Sequence record: PZ715804.1
DNA: 49,773 bases
Reading direction: 5' to 3' (one strand)
DNA from: a phage
Below, piece after piece: positions 40,782 through 49,773 of this stretch; within the stretch, counting starts at the first letter, position 1, and every line of letters starts with the position of its first letter. Under the pieces are notes generated by a model that saw only the letters and a program-made list of their open reading frames with translations, was not told the DNA's origin and made no database searches. The position numbers and the translations under genes were made by a program.

Positions 40782-43655
40782 ATGGTTGATAAGGTAGCAG
40801 GTCTGTCGCTTGACGTTGATGTGTCAACAGTGCAGCGCGCCGTCAAGTCACTGAAAGAGTTTTCAAAGGCCAACGACCAGGCCGCTGATTCTATGGGTTC
40901 TTTAATCAATGAGTCAGAGGTTGCAAAACAGAAGGCCAAAGAACACGCTGAACAACTAAGGCGCCAGAGAAAAGAGTATGAGGCCGTGGAGAAGGCAATC
41001 GATCCTACAGTATCAAAAATGGAAAGGTTGAAGATTGCATCTCAGCAGCTTGATAAACTCTGGCAGCAGGGAGTCGTTCCAGATGAGACGTTTTTCCGTT
41101 TGGGTGAAATGCTGGATCTGCAAAACGCAAAACTTGCTCGCAGCCGGGCTATGCTTACGGAAGAAGGTCAGGCGGCATTGCAGGAAGCGAAAGCAAAAGA
41201 GCAGGCGGCAGCACGAAGCAAGGCGTTCATGGATGCCCTGAATGGTCAAGTTAACGCGATCGGCAAGACTCATGCTGAATTGATGGAACTGAAAGCGGCT
41301 GAGCTTGGTTTATCGAAAGAAGCAGCACCACTAATCGCAAAACTTAAAGATCAAGGCCGAGCTATGAATGCAGCAGGTATTAGCGCCGGGGAATACAGGC
41401 AAGCAATGCGAATGCTTCCTGCACAGATTACCGACGTCGTTACATCTCTTGCGTCCGGCATGCCAGTTTGGATGGTTGCCATCCAGCAAGGCGGTCAAAT
41501 CAAGGACTCGTTCGGCGGGATTGGTAATACGTTTAAAGTGTTGCTGAGTTATATTAATCCAGTCACAGCAGGTATTGGCGTTCTTGTTGGTTCGTTAGGT
41601 CTTCTGGCGAAAGCTGGTTATGACTCTTACAAGTCAATAACTGATATTCAGAATGCGCTTATTGAGACTGGCGGTTATGCAGGTGTTACGGCTGAAGATC
41701 TTGATTCAGTGTCTAAAAAGATCGCGCAGACAAGTAACTCAACCATTGGGAGTATTCGCGAGATTGTAACGGAGTTGGCAAGTTCTGGTAAGTACACCCG
41801 CGAGCAGATCCAGAACATCACTAAGGCTACCGCAGAGTGGTCAGCGTCAACAGGAAAATCAGCAAGTCAAATTATTTCTGAGTTCGACAAAATCGCAAGC
41901 GATCCGGTAAAAGGTCTGAAGAAGTTAAATGAGCAATATAATTTCCTTGAAAAAGGGCAGCTTACCTATATCGATACATTAAGCCGGACGAAAGGAGAAA
42001 CTGAGGCAGTATCTGAAGCAACGAAATTATTCGCCGACGTAATGGAAAAGCGAATGAAGTCAATAGCGGATAATGCTACCCCTCTGGAAAAAATGTGGAA
42101 CGATATTAAACAATGGGCTTCGGACGCGTGGGGATGGGTGGGTGATCATACACTTGGGGCGCTAAACCTGATTATTGATGTGGTTCAGGGTACAGTGATT
42201 CAGGTAAAAATGATTCTTGCGAAAGGTGACGAATACATCTCAAACTTTATTGCCTCTGCGATTAAGGCTACACAGTCTCTTCCTGGTATGAGTGATTTCG
42301 GCGCTGATGTACTGAAGGAGCAGGAGAATATTGTAAAAAGTTCTCGCGACAACTACGATCAGTTATCTTCAGAGCTTGACGCTATTAACGCTCGTGTAGA
42401 AAAAGGAGAGATGGGATACATTGAAGCAATGAGGCAGCGTCGCACTCTTGAAAAGCAGTACAGCGAGGAAACTAAGGAGGCAATAAGGAAAGAAGCAGAA
42501 GAGATCGAGAAGCGAAACCGAGAACGAAATAAGCAGTCGAAAATTGTACGCTCACCGACAGAGCAATTCGACAAGGAGTTAATTTCACTCAAGGCTCAAC
42601 TTAAGGTATTGCAGGAGCACAAGGAGATCGGGCAAAAACTTTCCGCACAGAGAAAGGCGTTGTTTACAACTGAGGCTACGATCGCTGTTCTTCGCGAAGC
42701 CAGCTCTAAGCGTCAGTTGTCTGCGGAAGAAAAAGCGTTGCTGGCAAGTCAGGAGAGAGTTATTGAGCTTGCAAAACAGAAGGCCGAGATTGGCGATCAG
42801 ATTGTTAAGCAACAACAGTTGAATGATCTTACCGATAAATCTCTGAAGTTTGTCAATGAGATGACGGCGGCGACAGAACAGCTTAACGCGTCACGCGGTC
42901 TTAGCACGCGCGAAATGGAACGACAAGCGGAACTGGCTAAAATAACCACTGATTACATCAACTCTGGAGGTAGTGAGGGAGACGAAAAACTCCAGAACAT
43001 GATTAAGGCGCAAAATGATTACTACGCTGCGGAAGATGCCAAGCGTGCTGACTGGTTAGCTGGTGCTGAAAGTGCTTTTGCTGATTACGGTGATGCAGCA
43101 ATGGATATGTACGGCAATGTTAACGATATCGCGTCAAGTGCACTTAACGGAATGTCAGATATGATGGTTCAATTTCTGACCACAGGAAAAGCGAACTTTG
43201 GGGACTTTGCGAAAAATATCATCGGCATGATTATAAAGATGATTGCTCAGATGGTAATCTTCAATACGATCTCAGGCATGATGGGCGGTAAGACGTGGAG
43301 CTTTGCTGGAGGGGCGTCGTCTGGTGCTTCTGCGGCATCACAGGCAACCCCTACACCTGCCGCTTCTGTTTTTAGATCTGCATCATCCGGCGGGGCCGCT
43401 GTATCACTTGCTGCCGCAGCGGGTAGCGTGGCAACCTCTGGATTCAACGCATCAAACTCGGCGCCAAAGGCGATAAACCATTCAGGAGGTGGGACGGTCG
43501 TTGATGTTAGGGGTATGGAGGTTAAAGTTGACAACGGTTCAGATCCGAGAGGAATTTCTCAGGGCGTAGAAATGATGTTCAAAAAAATGATTCGAGAGTC
43601 TTGTTCACAGGGCGGTGAGGTTTACAATTACATTCAGGAAAAAACAGGAGGCTAA
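40782..43655 (+). CDS. tail tape measure protein
   Basis: About 957 aa; coiled-coil-rich; Gly/Ala/Ser-rich C-terminal region; start behind terminator plus AGGGGG RBS. Confidence 0.85.
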   Translation: MVDKVAGLSLDVDVSTVQRAVKSLKEFSKANDQAADSMGSLINESEVAKQKAKEHAEQLRRQRKEYEAVEKAIDPTVSKMERLKIASQQLDKLWQQGVVPDETFFRLGEMLDLQNAKLARSRAMLTEEGQAALQEAKAKEQAAARSKAFMDALNGQVNAIGKTHAELMELKAAELGLSKEAAPLIAKLKDQGRAMNAAGISAGEYRQAMRMLPAQITDVVTSLASGMPVWMVAIQQGGQIKDSFGGIGNTFKVLLSYINPVTAGIGVLVGSLGLLAKAGYDSYKSITDIQNALIETGGYAGVTAEDLDSVSKKIAQTSNSTIGSIREIVTELASSGKYTREQIQNITKATAEWSASTGKSASQIISEFDKIASDPVKGLKKLNEQYNFLEKGQLTYIDTLSRTKGETEAVSEATKLFADVMEKRMKSIADNATPLEKMWNDIKQWASDAWGWVGDHTLGALNLIIDVVQGTVIQVKMILAKGDEYISNFIASAIKATQSLPGMSDFGADVLKEQENIVKSSRDNYDQLSSELDAINARVEKGEMGYIEAMRQRRTLEKQYSEETKEAIRKEAEEIEKRNRERNKQSKIVRSPTEQFDKELISLKAQLKVLQEHKEIGQKLSAQRKALFTTEATIAVLREASSKRQLSAEEKALLASQERVIELAKQKAEIGDQIVKQQQLNDLTDKSLKFVNEMTAATEQLNASRGLSTREMERQAELAKITTDYINSGGSEGDEKLQNMIKAQNDYYAAEDAKRADWLAGAESAFADYGDAAMDMYGNVNDIASSALNGMSDMMVQFLTTGKANFGDFAKNIIGMIIKMIAQMVIFNTISGMMGGKTWSFAGGASSGASAASQATPTPAASVFRSASSGGAAVSLAAAAGSVATSGFNASNSAPKAINHSGGGTVVDVRGMEVKVDNGSDPRGISQGVEMMFKKMIRESCSQGGEVYNYIQEKTGG

Positions 43656-43657
43656 TA

Positions 43658-44011
43658 ATGGCGACACTTGACACTTTCAGTTGGTGTACGCAGGTTCAAG
43701 GGGGCGGCGGCTCCCTTACCACTACCAACAATGACAGATCCATACAGTTTGGAAACGGCCACATGCAGCTTGCATCTTCTGGATTTAACACCACGCGACG
43801 CGAGTATTCAGTTGTCTATGCTGGGGAAGATTTCATGGCTGTTTACGACTTCTGTGATTCTCACCGCATTAAACCTTTCGCATGGACGCCGCCGGACGGG
43901 AAGATCGGAATATGGGTTGTTAAGCCTAACAGCCTGGGCGCGAAGCCAGTATCACGCGACGTGATGGAAATTAATGTCACGTTTATGGAGCAGTTTACAT
44001 CTATGGAATAG
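43658..44011 (+). CDS. distal tail protein (lambda gpM homolog)
   Basis: 117 aa; FGNGHMQ ... YSVVY ... KPFAWTPP pattern matches lambda M. Confidence 0.8.
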   Translation: MATLDTFSWCTQVQGGGGSLTTTNNDRSIQFGNGHMQLASSGFNTTRREYSVVYAGEDFMAVYDFCDSHRIKPFAWTPPDGKIGIWVVKPNSLGAKPVSRDVMEINVTFMEQFTSME

Positions 44012-44027
44012 CACTTCATGACAAAAG

Positions 44028-44049
44028 CCCGCCTTGCGCGGGTTTTTTT
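44028..44049 (+). terminator. terminator after the gpM-like gene
   Basis: CCCGC-CTTGC-GCGGG then TTTTTTT; same hairpin as at 46207. Confidence 0.7.
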
Positions 44050-44090
44050 GTAGCTGTAGAATGGTTGCAACTAAACAAGAGGAAAAGATA

Positions 44091-44873
44091 ATGAGCGAAA
44101 ACAAAAAACTTTATGATGAAGAAAGCGGGAAGAGCCTGTTTCACAACTGCCTTCAATCACTATACCCTGGAGAGATAATCACTCTGATTGAAGTTGATGG
44201 CAGCAAGTTCGGCGCTCAGGTGTACCGTTTCCACGGGGAAAATATCCAGTACACTCCAGAAGAAATCATGCAGGCACAGCAAACCGGAACGCTACCGCCG
44301 AAAGAAATCACCTTCCGTGGCGAGCAATACGGCGCGCGACCTTTCGGTATATCCGGGATCTCGTTCGACAGTTCCGGCAAGGCCACAAAGCCACAATTAA
44401 CGGTGGCAAACATCGATAGTCGCGTATCTGCGATGATTCGTGCATATAACGGACTAATGCAAGCTAAGGTGACTATCTGGATCACTCAAAAGGACTTAAT
44501 TCAACCTAACGGCTCAATCGCTGACGGAGCTTACCGAAAACTGGTATACTATATCGAACGCCCGAGCTATGTCGATAAGAGTGTCGCCAGGTTCGATCTA
44601 ACGTCTCCTTATGATATGGATGGAATCATGATACCGTCACGACTAACTCAAAGCGTTTGCTATTGGGCGCAGAGGGGATGGTATAAAACCGGGAAGGGGT
44701 GCGGATACAACGGGCAAAATGGTTACTTCGATAAAGACAATAATCCGGTAGACGATCCTTCGCTGGATTTTTGCCCAGGAACGGTAACGGCCTGCCGCCT
44801 GAGATTCGGCGCAAACAATGAATTGGATTTTGGCGGTTGCGCAGTCGCTTCACTACAGAGGAAAAATCAATGA
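44091..44873 (+). CDS. minor tail protein (lambda gpL homolog)
   Basis: Start at ATG behind AAGAGGAAAAG RBS (track start is an upstream TTG inside the terminator); GKATKPQLTVANIDSRV and Cys-rich C-terminus as in lambda L. Confidence 0.8.
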   Translation: MSENKKLYDEESGKSLFHNCLQSLYPGEIITLIEVDGSKFGAQVYRFHGENIQYTPEEIMQAQQTGTLPPKEITFRGEQYGARPFGISGISFDSSGKATKPQLTVANIDSRVSAMIRAYNGLMQAKVTIWITQKDLIQPNGSIADGAYRKLVYYIERPSYVDKSVARFDLTSPYDMDGIMIPSRLTQSVCYWAQRGWYKTGKGCGYNGQNGYFDKDNNPVDDPSLDFCPGTVTACRLRFGANNELDFGGCAVASLQRKNQ

Positions 44874-45604
44874 TTAGTGCAAAAATTAAACTTGAAATTA
44901 TGACTCACGCTCAAGAAGAATATCCTCGCGAATGCTGTGGGGTAGTCACCCAAAAGGGCCGCGTACAAAAATACCATCGCGTTGATAATGTACACCGCGA
45001 TCCCGAGAATCATTTCATGATGGATGCTGTACAATACGCTTGCATTGAGGACGATGCGGAATCAACAACAATAGCAATTGTTCACAGCCACACAGGAGAC
45101 GGGGCTACAACTCTACCAAGCGCTCACGATACGTGCATGTGCAACGAGATGGAAGTTACCTGGATTATTGTTAGCGTGCCGGAAGGGGATATGCGATTTG
45201 TGAAGCCGGAGAAATTGCCTCTGATTGGTCGTCCGTGGTCATTAGGATCATTCGACTGTTACGGTCTTGTTATGGCGTGGCACAAAGAGCACGGCGTAGA
45301 ATTGCGCGATCGCCGATTGAATTTTGAATGGTGGAAACCTGAGTACGGAATTAATCTCTATCAGGATTATTACAAGCAGGATGGCTTCGTTGAGATTCCA
45401 GATCAGAATAATCCGTCATTCGGTGATATGGTAATCATGCAGATAGGGCAAAACGTTCCGGTATGGAACCATGCAGGGATTTACCTGGGAGATAATCAGA
45501 TCTTGCATCATGCCTTCGGCAAGCTATCTCGTCGTGATATTTATTCCGGATGGTATCAGGATCATACTGTTTTAATCGTTCGCCATAAGGATCTTAAATT
45601 ATGA
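44870..45604 (+). CDS. tail assembly protein (lambda gpK homolog; MPN/JAMM plus NlpC/P60 domains)
   Basis: JAMM motif HSHTGDGATTLPSAHD with upstream ECCGVV; NlpC/P60 Cys in SFDCYGLV and His pair in NHAGIYLGDNQILHH; ATG overlaps L stop. Confidence 0.85.
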   Translation: MISAKIKLEIMTHAQEEYPRECCGVVTQKGRVQKYHRVDNVHRDPENHFMMDAVQYACIEDDAESTTIAIVHSHTGDGATTLPSAHDTCMCNEMEVTWIIVSVPEGDMRFVKPEKLPLIGRPWSLGSFDCYGLVMAWHKEHGVELRDRRLNFEWWKPEYGINLYQDYYKQDGFVEIPDQNNPSFGDMVIMQIGQNVPVWNHAGIYLGDNQILHHAFGKLSRRDIYSGWYQDHTVLIVRHKDLKL

Positions 45605-46200
45605 ATGATGTAAAAGTAATTAAATTGTCAGGTTCACTTGGGAGACGCTTCGGCGTCTTTCACCGTTACGCTGTTGACTCTTACCCGGAAGCCATACGGG
45701 CGCTATCCAGTCAGGTGGACGGATTTAAAGAATACATGCAAAGCGAGGTAGGATCTCGTAGCAAGTTTGCAATATTTGTGGATGGCGTTAACGTGGGACA
45801 CCATGAAGAGGAAAAATTCAAGTGCGCGAAAGAGATAAGAATCGTACCGATCCCTACTGGCTCTAAGACAGGAGGTCTATTTCAGGTTGTATTGGGCGCG
45901 GCAATAATGGTTGCAGCATTCTATACTGGCGGCGCGTCTCTGGCTTTAATGGGCACAATGTCCTCTTCTCTGTTTATGATGGGCGGCGCTATGGTGCTGG
46001 GCGGCGTGATGCAGATGATTTCACCGCAGCCGGGTGGCGCAAACTTTGAAGTTCAATCAAGCAAGAATAAACCTTCGTACGCGTTCGGCGGTGCTGTCAA
46101 TACGACGGCGGCGGGATACCCTCTCCCGGTCCCGTATGGATATCGCGCCGGAGGTGGCGCAACTTTCTCAGCAGGTTCTTATGCCGAGGATATGAGTTAA
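45601..46200 (+). CDS. tail assembly protein (lambda gpI homolog)
   Basis: 199 aa; GGLFQVVLGAAIMVAAFYTGG ... MVLGGVMQM hydrophobic Gly-rich core as in lambda I. Confidence 0.8.
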   Translation: MNDVKVIKLSGSLGRRFGVFHRYAVDSYPEAIRALSSQVDGFKEYMQSEVGSRSKFAIFVDGVNVGHHEEEKFKCAKEIRIVPIPTGSKTGGLFQVVLGAAIMVAAFYTGGASLALMGTMSSSLFMMGGAMVLGGVMQMISPQPGGANFEVQSSKNKPSYAFGGAVNTTAAGYPLPVPYGYRAGGGATFSAGSYAEDMS

Positions 46201-46206
46201 AATTAA

Positions 46207-46229
46207 CCCGCCTTGCGCGGGTTTTTTTT
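46207..46229 (+). terminator. terminator before the J-like gene
   Basis: CCCGC-CTTGC-GCGGG then TTTTTTTT. Confidence 0.7.
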
Positions 46230-46277
46230 CGCCTGTATAATGAGTCCACTGATAAATAGCACAAAAAGGTAAACATC

Positions 46278-49200
46278 ATGATTCAAAAAGTGATAAGCGG
46301 ATCTAAAGGTGGGTCACAGAAGCCTCATAACCCAGTTGAGATGGAGGACAATCTAATCTCAATCAACAAAATCAAGATCCTGTTAGCTGTATCTGATGGT
46401 GAAATTGACGAAACATTCAGCCTAAAGCAGTTGATGTTTAACTCAGTTCCGGTGCAAAACGAGGATGGATCATTCAACTTCGAAGGGGTAAGGGCTGAGT
46501 TCAGGCCGGGAACTCAGACGCAGGAATACATCAAGGGCATGGAAGATAGCTCAAGTGAGGTAACTGTAAATCGTGAGGTTACTACCGATAACCCATACAC
46601 GATCTCAGTAACCAATAAAACACTATCGGCAATACGCATCAAAATGTTTATGCCTCGAGGTGTACGAATTGAAAGCAATGGTGATAAAAACGGCGTTCGA
46701 GTTGAGTACGAGGTGCAACAAGCGGTTGATGGCGGTTCGTTTGAGACTGTTCTTACTGACGTAATCGAAGGTAAAACAATGTCAGGTTATGATCGAAGCC
46801 GTCGCGTAAACCTGCCTAACTTCAACAATCAGGTAATATTCAGAGTTGTTCGAAAGACGCCTGATTCCAATGACTCGAATGTCGTTGATGCAATCCAGGT
46901 AAGAAGCTATGCCGAGGTCATTGATGCCAAATTCCGATATCCTCTGACTGGTCTTCTTTTCGTAGAGTTCGATTCGAAGATGTTCCCAAACCAGTTACCT
47001 ACGATCTCAATTCGTAAGCGCTGGAAGATTGTAAGCGTTCCGTCGAACTACGACCCAGAATCGCGAACATACAACGGCAATTGGGATGGCACTTTCAAAA
47101 AAGCATGGACGAACAATCCGGCGTGGGTTCTTTATGACCTGATGATTAATCAGCGTTACGGCTTGGATCAGAAAGAGCTTGGTATCGCTGTCGATAAATG
47201 GGCGCTCTACGAGGCTGCGCAATATTGCGATCAGATGGTTCCTGATGGGAAGGGCGGGACGGAACCTCGATACCTTTGCGACGTGATAATCCAGTCTCAG
47301 ACTGACGCTTACAAGGTTATTCGAGATATTTGCTCAATCTTTCGAGGTATGAGCTTTTGGAATGGCGAAAGCATTTCGGTAATCATCGATAGGCCGCGTG
47401 AGCCTGCGTACATCTTCACTAACGACAACGTGGTTAATGGTGACTTCTCCTACACGTTTGCAAGCGAAAAGAGCATGTACACGACGTGTAATGTGATGTT
47501 TGACGACGAGCAAAACATGTATCAGCAGGACGTTGAGCCAGTATTCGATCGTGAGGCTACTCTACGGTTCGGGAACAACGTAACGAGCATTACAGCGATC
47601 GGCTGCACACGTCGAAGCGAGGCCAACCGACGCGGGAGATGGATTCTGAAAACTAACCTCCGCAGCACTACGGTAAACTTCGCTACCGGACTTGAGGGTA
47701 TGATTCCGACAATCGGAGATGTTGTGGCAATAGCTGATAACTTCTGGTCAAGTAACTTGACGATGAACCTATCAGGGCGCTTGCTCGAAGTATCCGGTAG
47801 TCAGATTTTCTTGCCGCTCCGGGTGGATGCACGCGCGGGTGACTTTATTATCGTAAATAAGCCAGATGGCAAGCCCGTGAAGCGCACAATATCAAGTGTT
47901 AGTGCGGATGGTAAGACTATAGAGGTTAACATTGGCTTTGGCTTTCCTGTGAAGCCTAACACGGTATTCGCTATCGACCGCACCGACATTGCGTTACAGC
48001 AGTACGTCGTGACAAAAATCGATAAGGGCGATGATGATGAGGAATTTACCTACAAAATAACGGCGGTGGAGTACGATCCTAACAAGTACGATGAGATTGA
48101 TTACGGAGTTAATATCGACGACCGACCGACGAGCATCGTTGAACCAGATCAGATCCCTAGACCGGAAAACGTGCAAGTGTCCTCAGAGTCACGAATCGTC
48201 CAGGGGATGAGCGTAGAAACGATGATTGTTAGCTGGGATAAAGTGCCGTACGCAGTTTTCTATGACGTCCAGTGGCGAAAGGATAACGGCAACTGGCAAA
48301 ATGTACCGCAGACAGCAAACAAAGAGGTATACGTTGAAGGTATTTACGCTGGCAACTATCAGGTTCGCGTTCGCTCCGTCGCTGGTTCTGGTACAACTTC
48401 CGGCTGGTCAAATATCGTCGCAGCGACGTTGACAGGCAAGCAAGGAGAGCCAGGGAGGCCGATTAACCTTACAGCTACAGATGATGTTGTTTTTGGTATC
48501 CGTACAAAATGGGGGTTCTCTGATGGTTCTGGAGATACGGCCTATACAGAGTTGCAACAGTCACCAGATGGAACAGTGGATAACGCAAGTTTGCTTTCTT
48601 TGATTCCGTACCCGCAGCATGAGTATTATCACTCACCGATGCCTGGAGGGAATATTGTGTGGTATCGGGTAAGGACGGTTGATAGGATCGGTAACGTGTC
48701 TCAGTGGACTGATTTTGTCAGAGGTATGGCATCAACAAACGTTGACGATATCATTGGGGGGATTTCTGTCGATATCGAAAACTCGCCGGGTTACGAGTGG
48801 CTTGTTGATAACGCAACCGACAACGCGGCGCAGAACGCAGCGAACGCAGAGGCAGCAATTGAGAACGCTCTAGCTAATGACAAAGACGCGATCTACATGA
48901 AGAAGGAGAACGGAAAACGAAAAGCAGAGTACACCAAATCACTGCAACTTATTGCTGATGAGACTCAGGCGCGAGTAACAGCAGTTGAGCAGTTAAGGGC
49001 AAGTTTTGGTGATCAGATTAGTGCAAGCAATAGCGAATTGCGTGAAGTTATCGCAACTGAGACTGGAGCGCTATCGCGTGAAATTGACCAACTCAGGGCA
49101 GAGATTGGTGATGATATTCAGGCAAGTTTGACTGATATCAGAGAGGCTATAGCAAACGAGACTGAGGCGAGAACGCAAGCTGACTTAACACTTAGCGCGC

Positions 49201-49697
49201 GGCTTGGGGATAACGAGGCGGCACTTGCTCAAAAATTAGACTCTTGGAGCAATGCCAGTTCTACCGGGGCAATGTACGGCGTCAAGCTGGGTCTGAAATA
49301 CAACGGACAGGAATATAGCGCAGGCATGGCTATGTCTCTGATTGGTTCCGGCGCAGCTGTTAAGGCGCAAATTCTATTCGAGGCGTCGCGATTTGCAATC
49401 ATGACAGGGATGAACGGTCAGACTCAGTATCCTTTCGTTGTTGAAGGTAATCAGGTGATTCTTAATAGCGCCATTATTAAGAACGGATTTATCACGAATG
49501 CGATGATTGGTAATGTTATTCAATCGAATAACTATGTCGTTAACAAGGCTGGCTGGAGACTTGACAAGGGTGGAACATTAGAAAACTACGGAAGTGACGT
49601 TGAGGGTGCAATGAAGCAAACTAATACCACAATATCTGTTAGGGATGCGAGTGGTCGCCTGAGGGTTCAGATTGGCAGGTTGACTGGTTCATGGTAA
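46278..49697 (+). CDS. central tail fibre / host specificity protein (lambda gpJ homolog)
   Basis: 1139 aa; size and position after M-L-K-I homologs; fibronectin-III-like middle and coiled-coil C-terminal region. Confidence 0.85.
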   Translation: MIQKVISGSKGGSQKPHNPVEMEDNLISINKIKILLAVSDGEIDETFSLKQLMFNSVPVQNEDGSFNFEGVRAEFRPGTQTQEYIKGMEDSSSEVTVNREVTTDNPYTISVTNKTLSAIRIKMFMPRGVRIESNGDKNGVRVEYEVQQAVDGGSFETVLTDVIEGKTMSGYDRSRRVNLPNFNNQVIFRVVRKTPDSNDSNVVDAIQVRSYAEVIDAKFRYPLTGLLFVEFDSKMFPNQLPTISIRKRWKIVSVPSNYDPESRTYNGNWDGTFKKAWTNNPAWVLYDLMINQRYGLDQKELGIAVDKWALYEAAQYCDQMVPDGKGGTEPRYLCDVIIQSQTDAYKVIRDICSIFRGMSFWNGESISVIIDRPREPAYIFTNDNVVNGDFSYTFASEKSMYTTCNVMFDDEQNMYQQDVEPVFDREATLRFGNNVTSITAIGCTRRSEANRRGRWILKTNLRSTTVNFATGLEGMIPTIGDVVAIADNFWSSNLTMNLSGRLLEVSGSQIFLPLRVDARAGDFIIVNKPDGKPVKRTISSVSADGKTIEVNIGFGFPVKPNTVFAIDRTDIALQQYVVTKIDKGDDDEEFTYKITAVEYDPNKYDEIDYGVNIDDRPTSIVEPDQIPRPENVQVSSESRIVQGMSVETMIVSWDKVPYAVFYDVQWRKDNGNWQNVPQTANKEVYVEGIYAGNYQVRVRSVAGSGTTSGWSNIVAATLTGKQGEPGRPINLTATDDVVFGIRTKWGFSDGSGDTAYTELQQSPDGTVDNASLLSLIPYPQHEYYHSPMPGGNIVWYRVRTVDRIGNVSQWTDFVRGMASTNVDDIIGGISVDIENSPGYEWLVDNATDNAAQNAANAEAAIENALANDKDAIYMKKENGKRKAEYTKSLQLIADETQARVTAVEQLRASFGDQISASNSELREVIATETGALSREIDQLRAEIGDDIQASLTDIREAIANETEARTQADLTLSARLGDNEAALAQKLDSWSNASSTGAMYGVKLGLKYNGQEYSAGMAMSLIGSGAAVKAQILFEASRFAIMTGMNGQTQYPFVVEGNQVILNSAIIKNGFITNAMIGNVIQSNNYVVNKAGWRLDKGGTLENYGSDVEGAMKQTNTTISVRDASGRLRVQIGRLTGSW

Positions 49698-49703
49698 TAT
49701 CAA

Positions 49704-49730
49704 GGGCATCGAGAGATGCCCTTTTCTTTT
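49704..49730 (+). terminator. terminator-RBS junction after the J-like gene
   Basis: GGGCATC-GAGA-GATGCCC then TTTTCTTTT then GGAGG. Confidence 0.7.
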
Positions 49731-49742
49731 GGAGGATTTATT

Positions 49743-49773
49743 ATGGCGTACGGTATATCAACTTGGGACGCAA
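49743..49773 (+). CDS. 5' end of a gene truncated by window end (MAYGISTWDA...); in frame with window start if circular
   Basis: ATG behind terminator plus GGAGG RBS; 31 nt to window end. Confidence 0.35.
   Translation, partial: MAYGISTWDA

Noticed and set aside
44034-44090. Track start (TTG at 44034) for the gpL-like gene
   Set aside because: It lies inside the upstream terminator hairpin; ATG 44091 behind an AAGAGGAAAAG RBS is the plausible start.
1-49773. Lysogeny module (integrase, CI-like repressor, excisionase) or attachment site
   Set aside because: Nothing resembling a tyrosine or serine recombinase or a repressor/anti-repressor switch was found; gene content fits a virulent phage.

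Overview
This 49.8 kb window reads as an almost complete, probably circularly permuted genome of a virulent T1-like siphovirus (Drexlerviridae-type architecture) of an enterobacterial host; no integrase, repressor, tRNA, rRNA or CRISPR array was seen. All calls come from reading the sequence and ORF track by eye and from remembered family motifs; no database search or computation was run. Content: (i) a recombination/replication block (PD-(D/E)XK exonuclease, ERF annealing protein, SSB ending DDDIPF, zinc-ribbon primase-like protein, DExH helicase, VRR-NUC nuclease, Dam-like and Dcm-like methyltransferases); (ii) a lysis cassette (holin, SAR endolysin, unimolecular spanin) plus a Cor-like lipoprotein; (iii) two blocks of small early ORFs (minus strand 14.1-19.6 kb, plus strand 20.3-29.5 kb); (iv) a late operon from small terminase to a lambda M-L-K-I-J-like tail tip (29.6-49.7 kb) with a -1 frameshifted tail chaperone. 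The most striking unexplained structure is a conserved ~20 bp motif (aaTAGCACnaaTTGyTAAAAC) found more than 20 times in both orientations; in 16-17 copies it is followed, after an invariant 22 nt spacer, by a -10-like hexamer inside a hairpin, forming cassettes that bracket the small ORFs and supply their stop codons. Other points: terminator-RBS fused junctions in the late operon, two repeat-rich AT-rich control regions with a perfect inverted repeat, exact tandem duplications in a tail fibre gene and at a capsid-accessory gene start, candidate anti-defence/exclusion small proteins, and three reading-frame anomalies.
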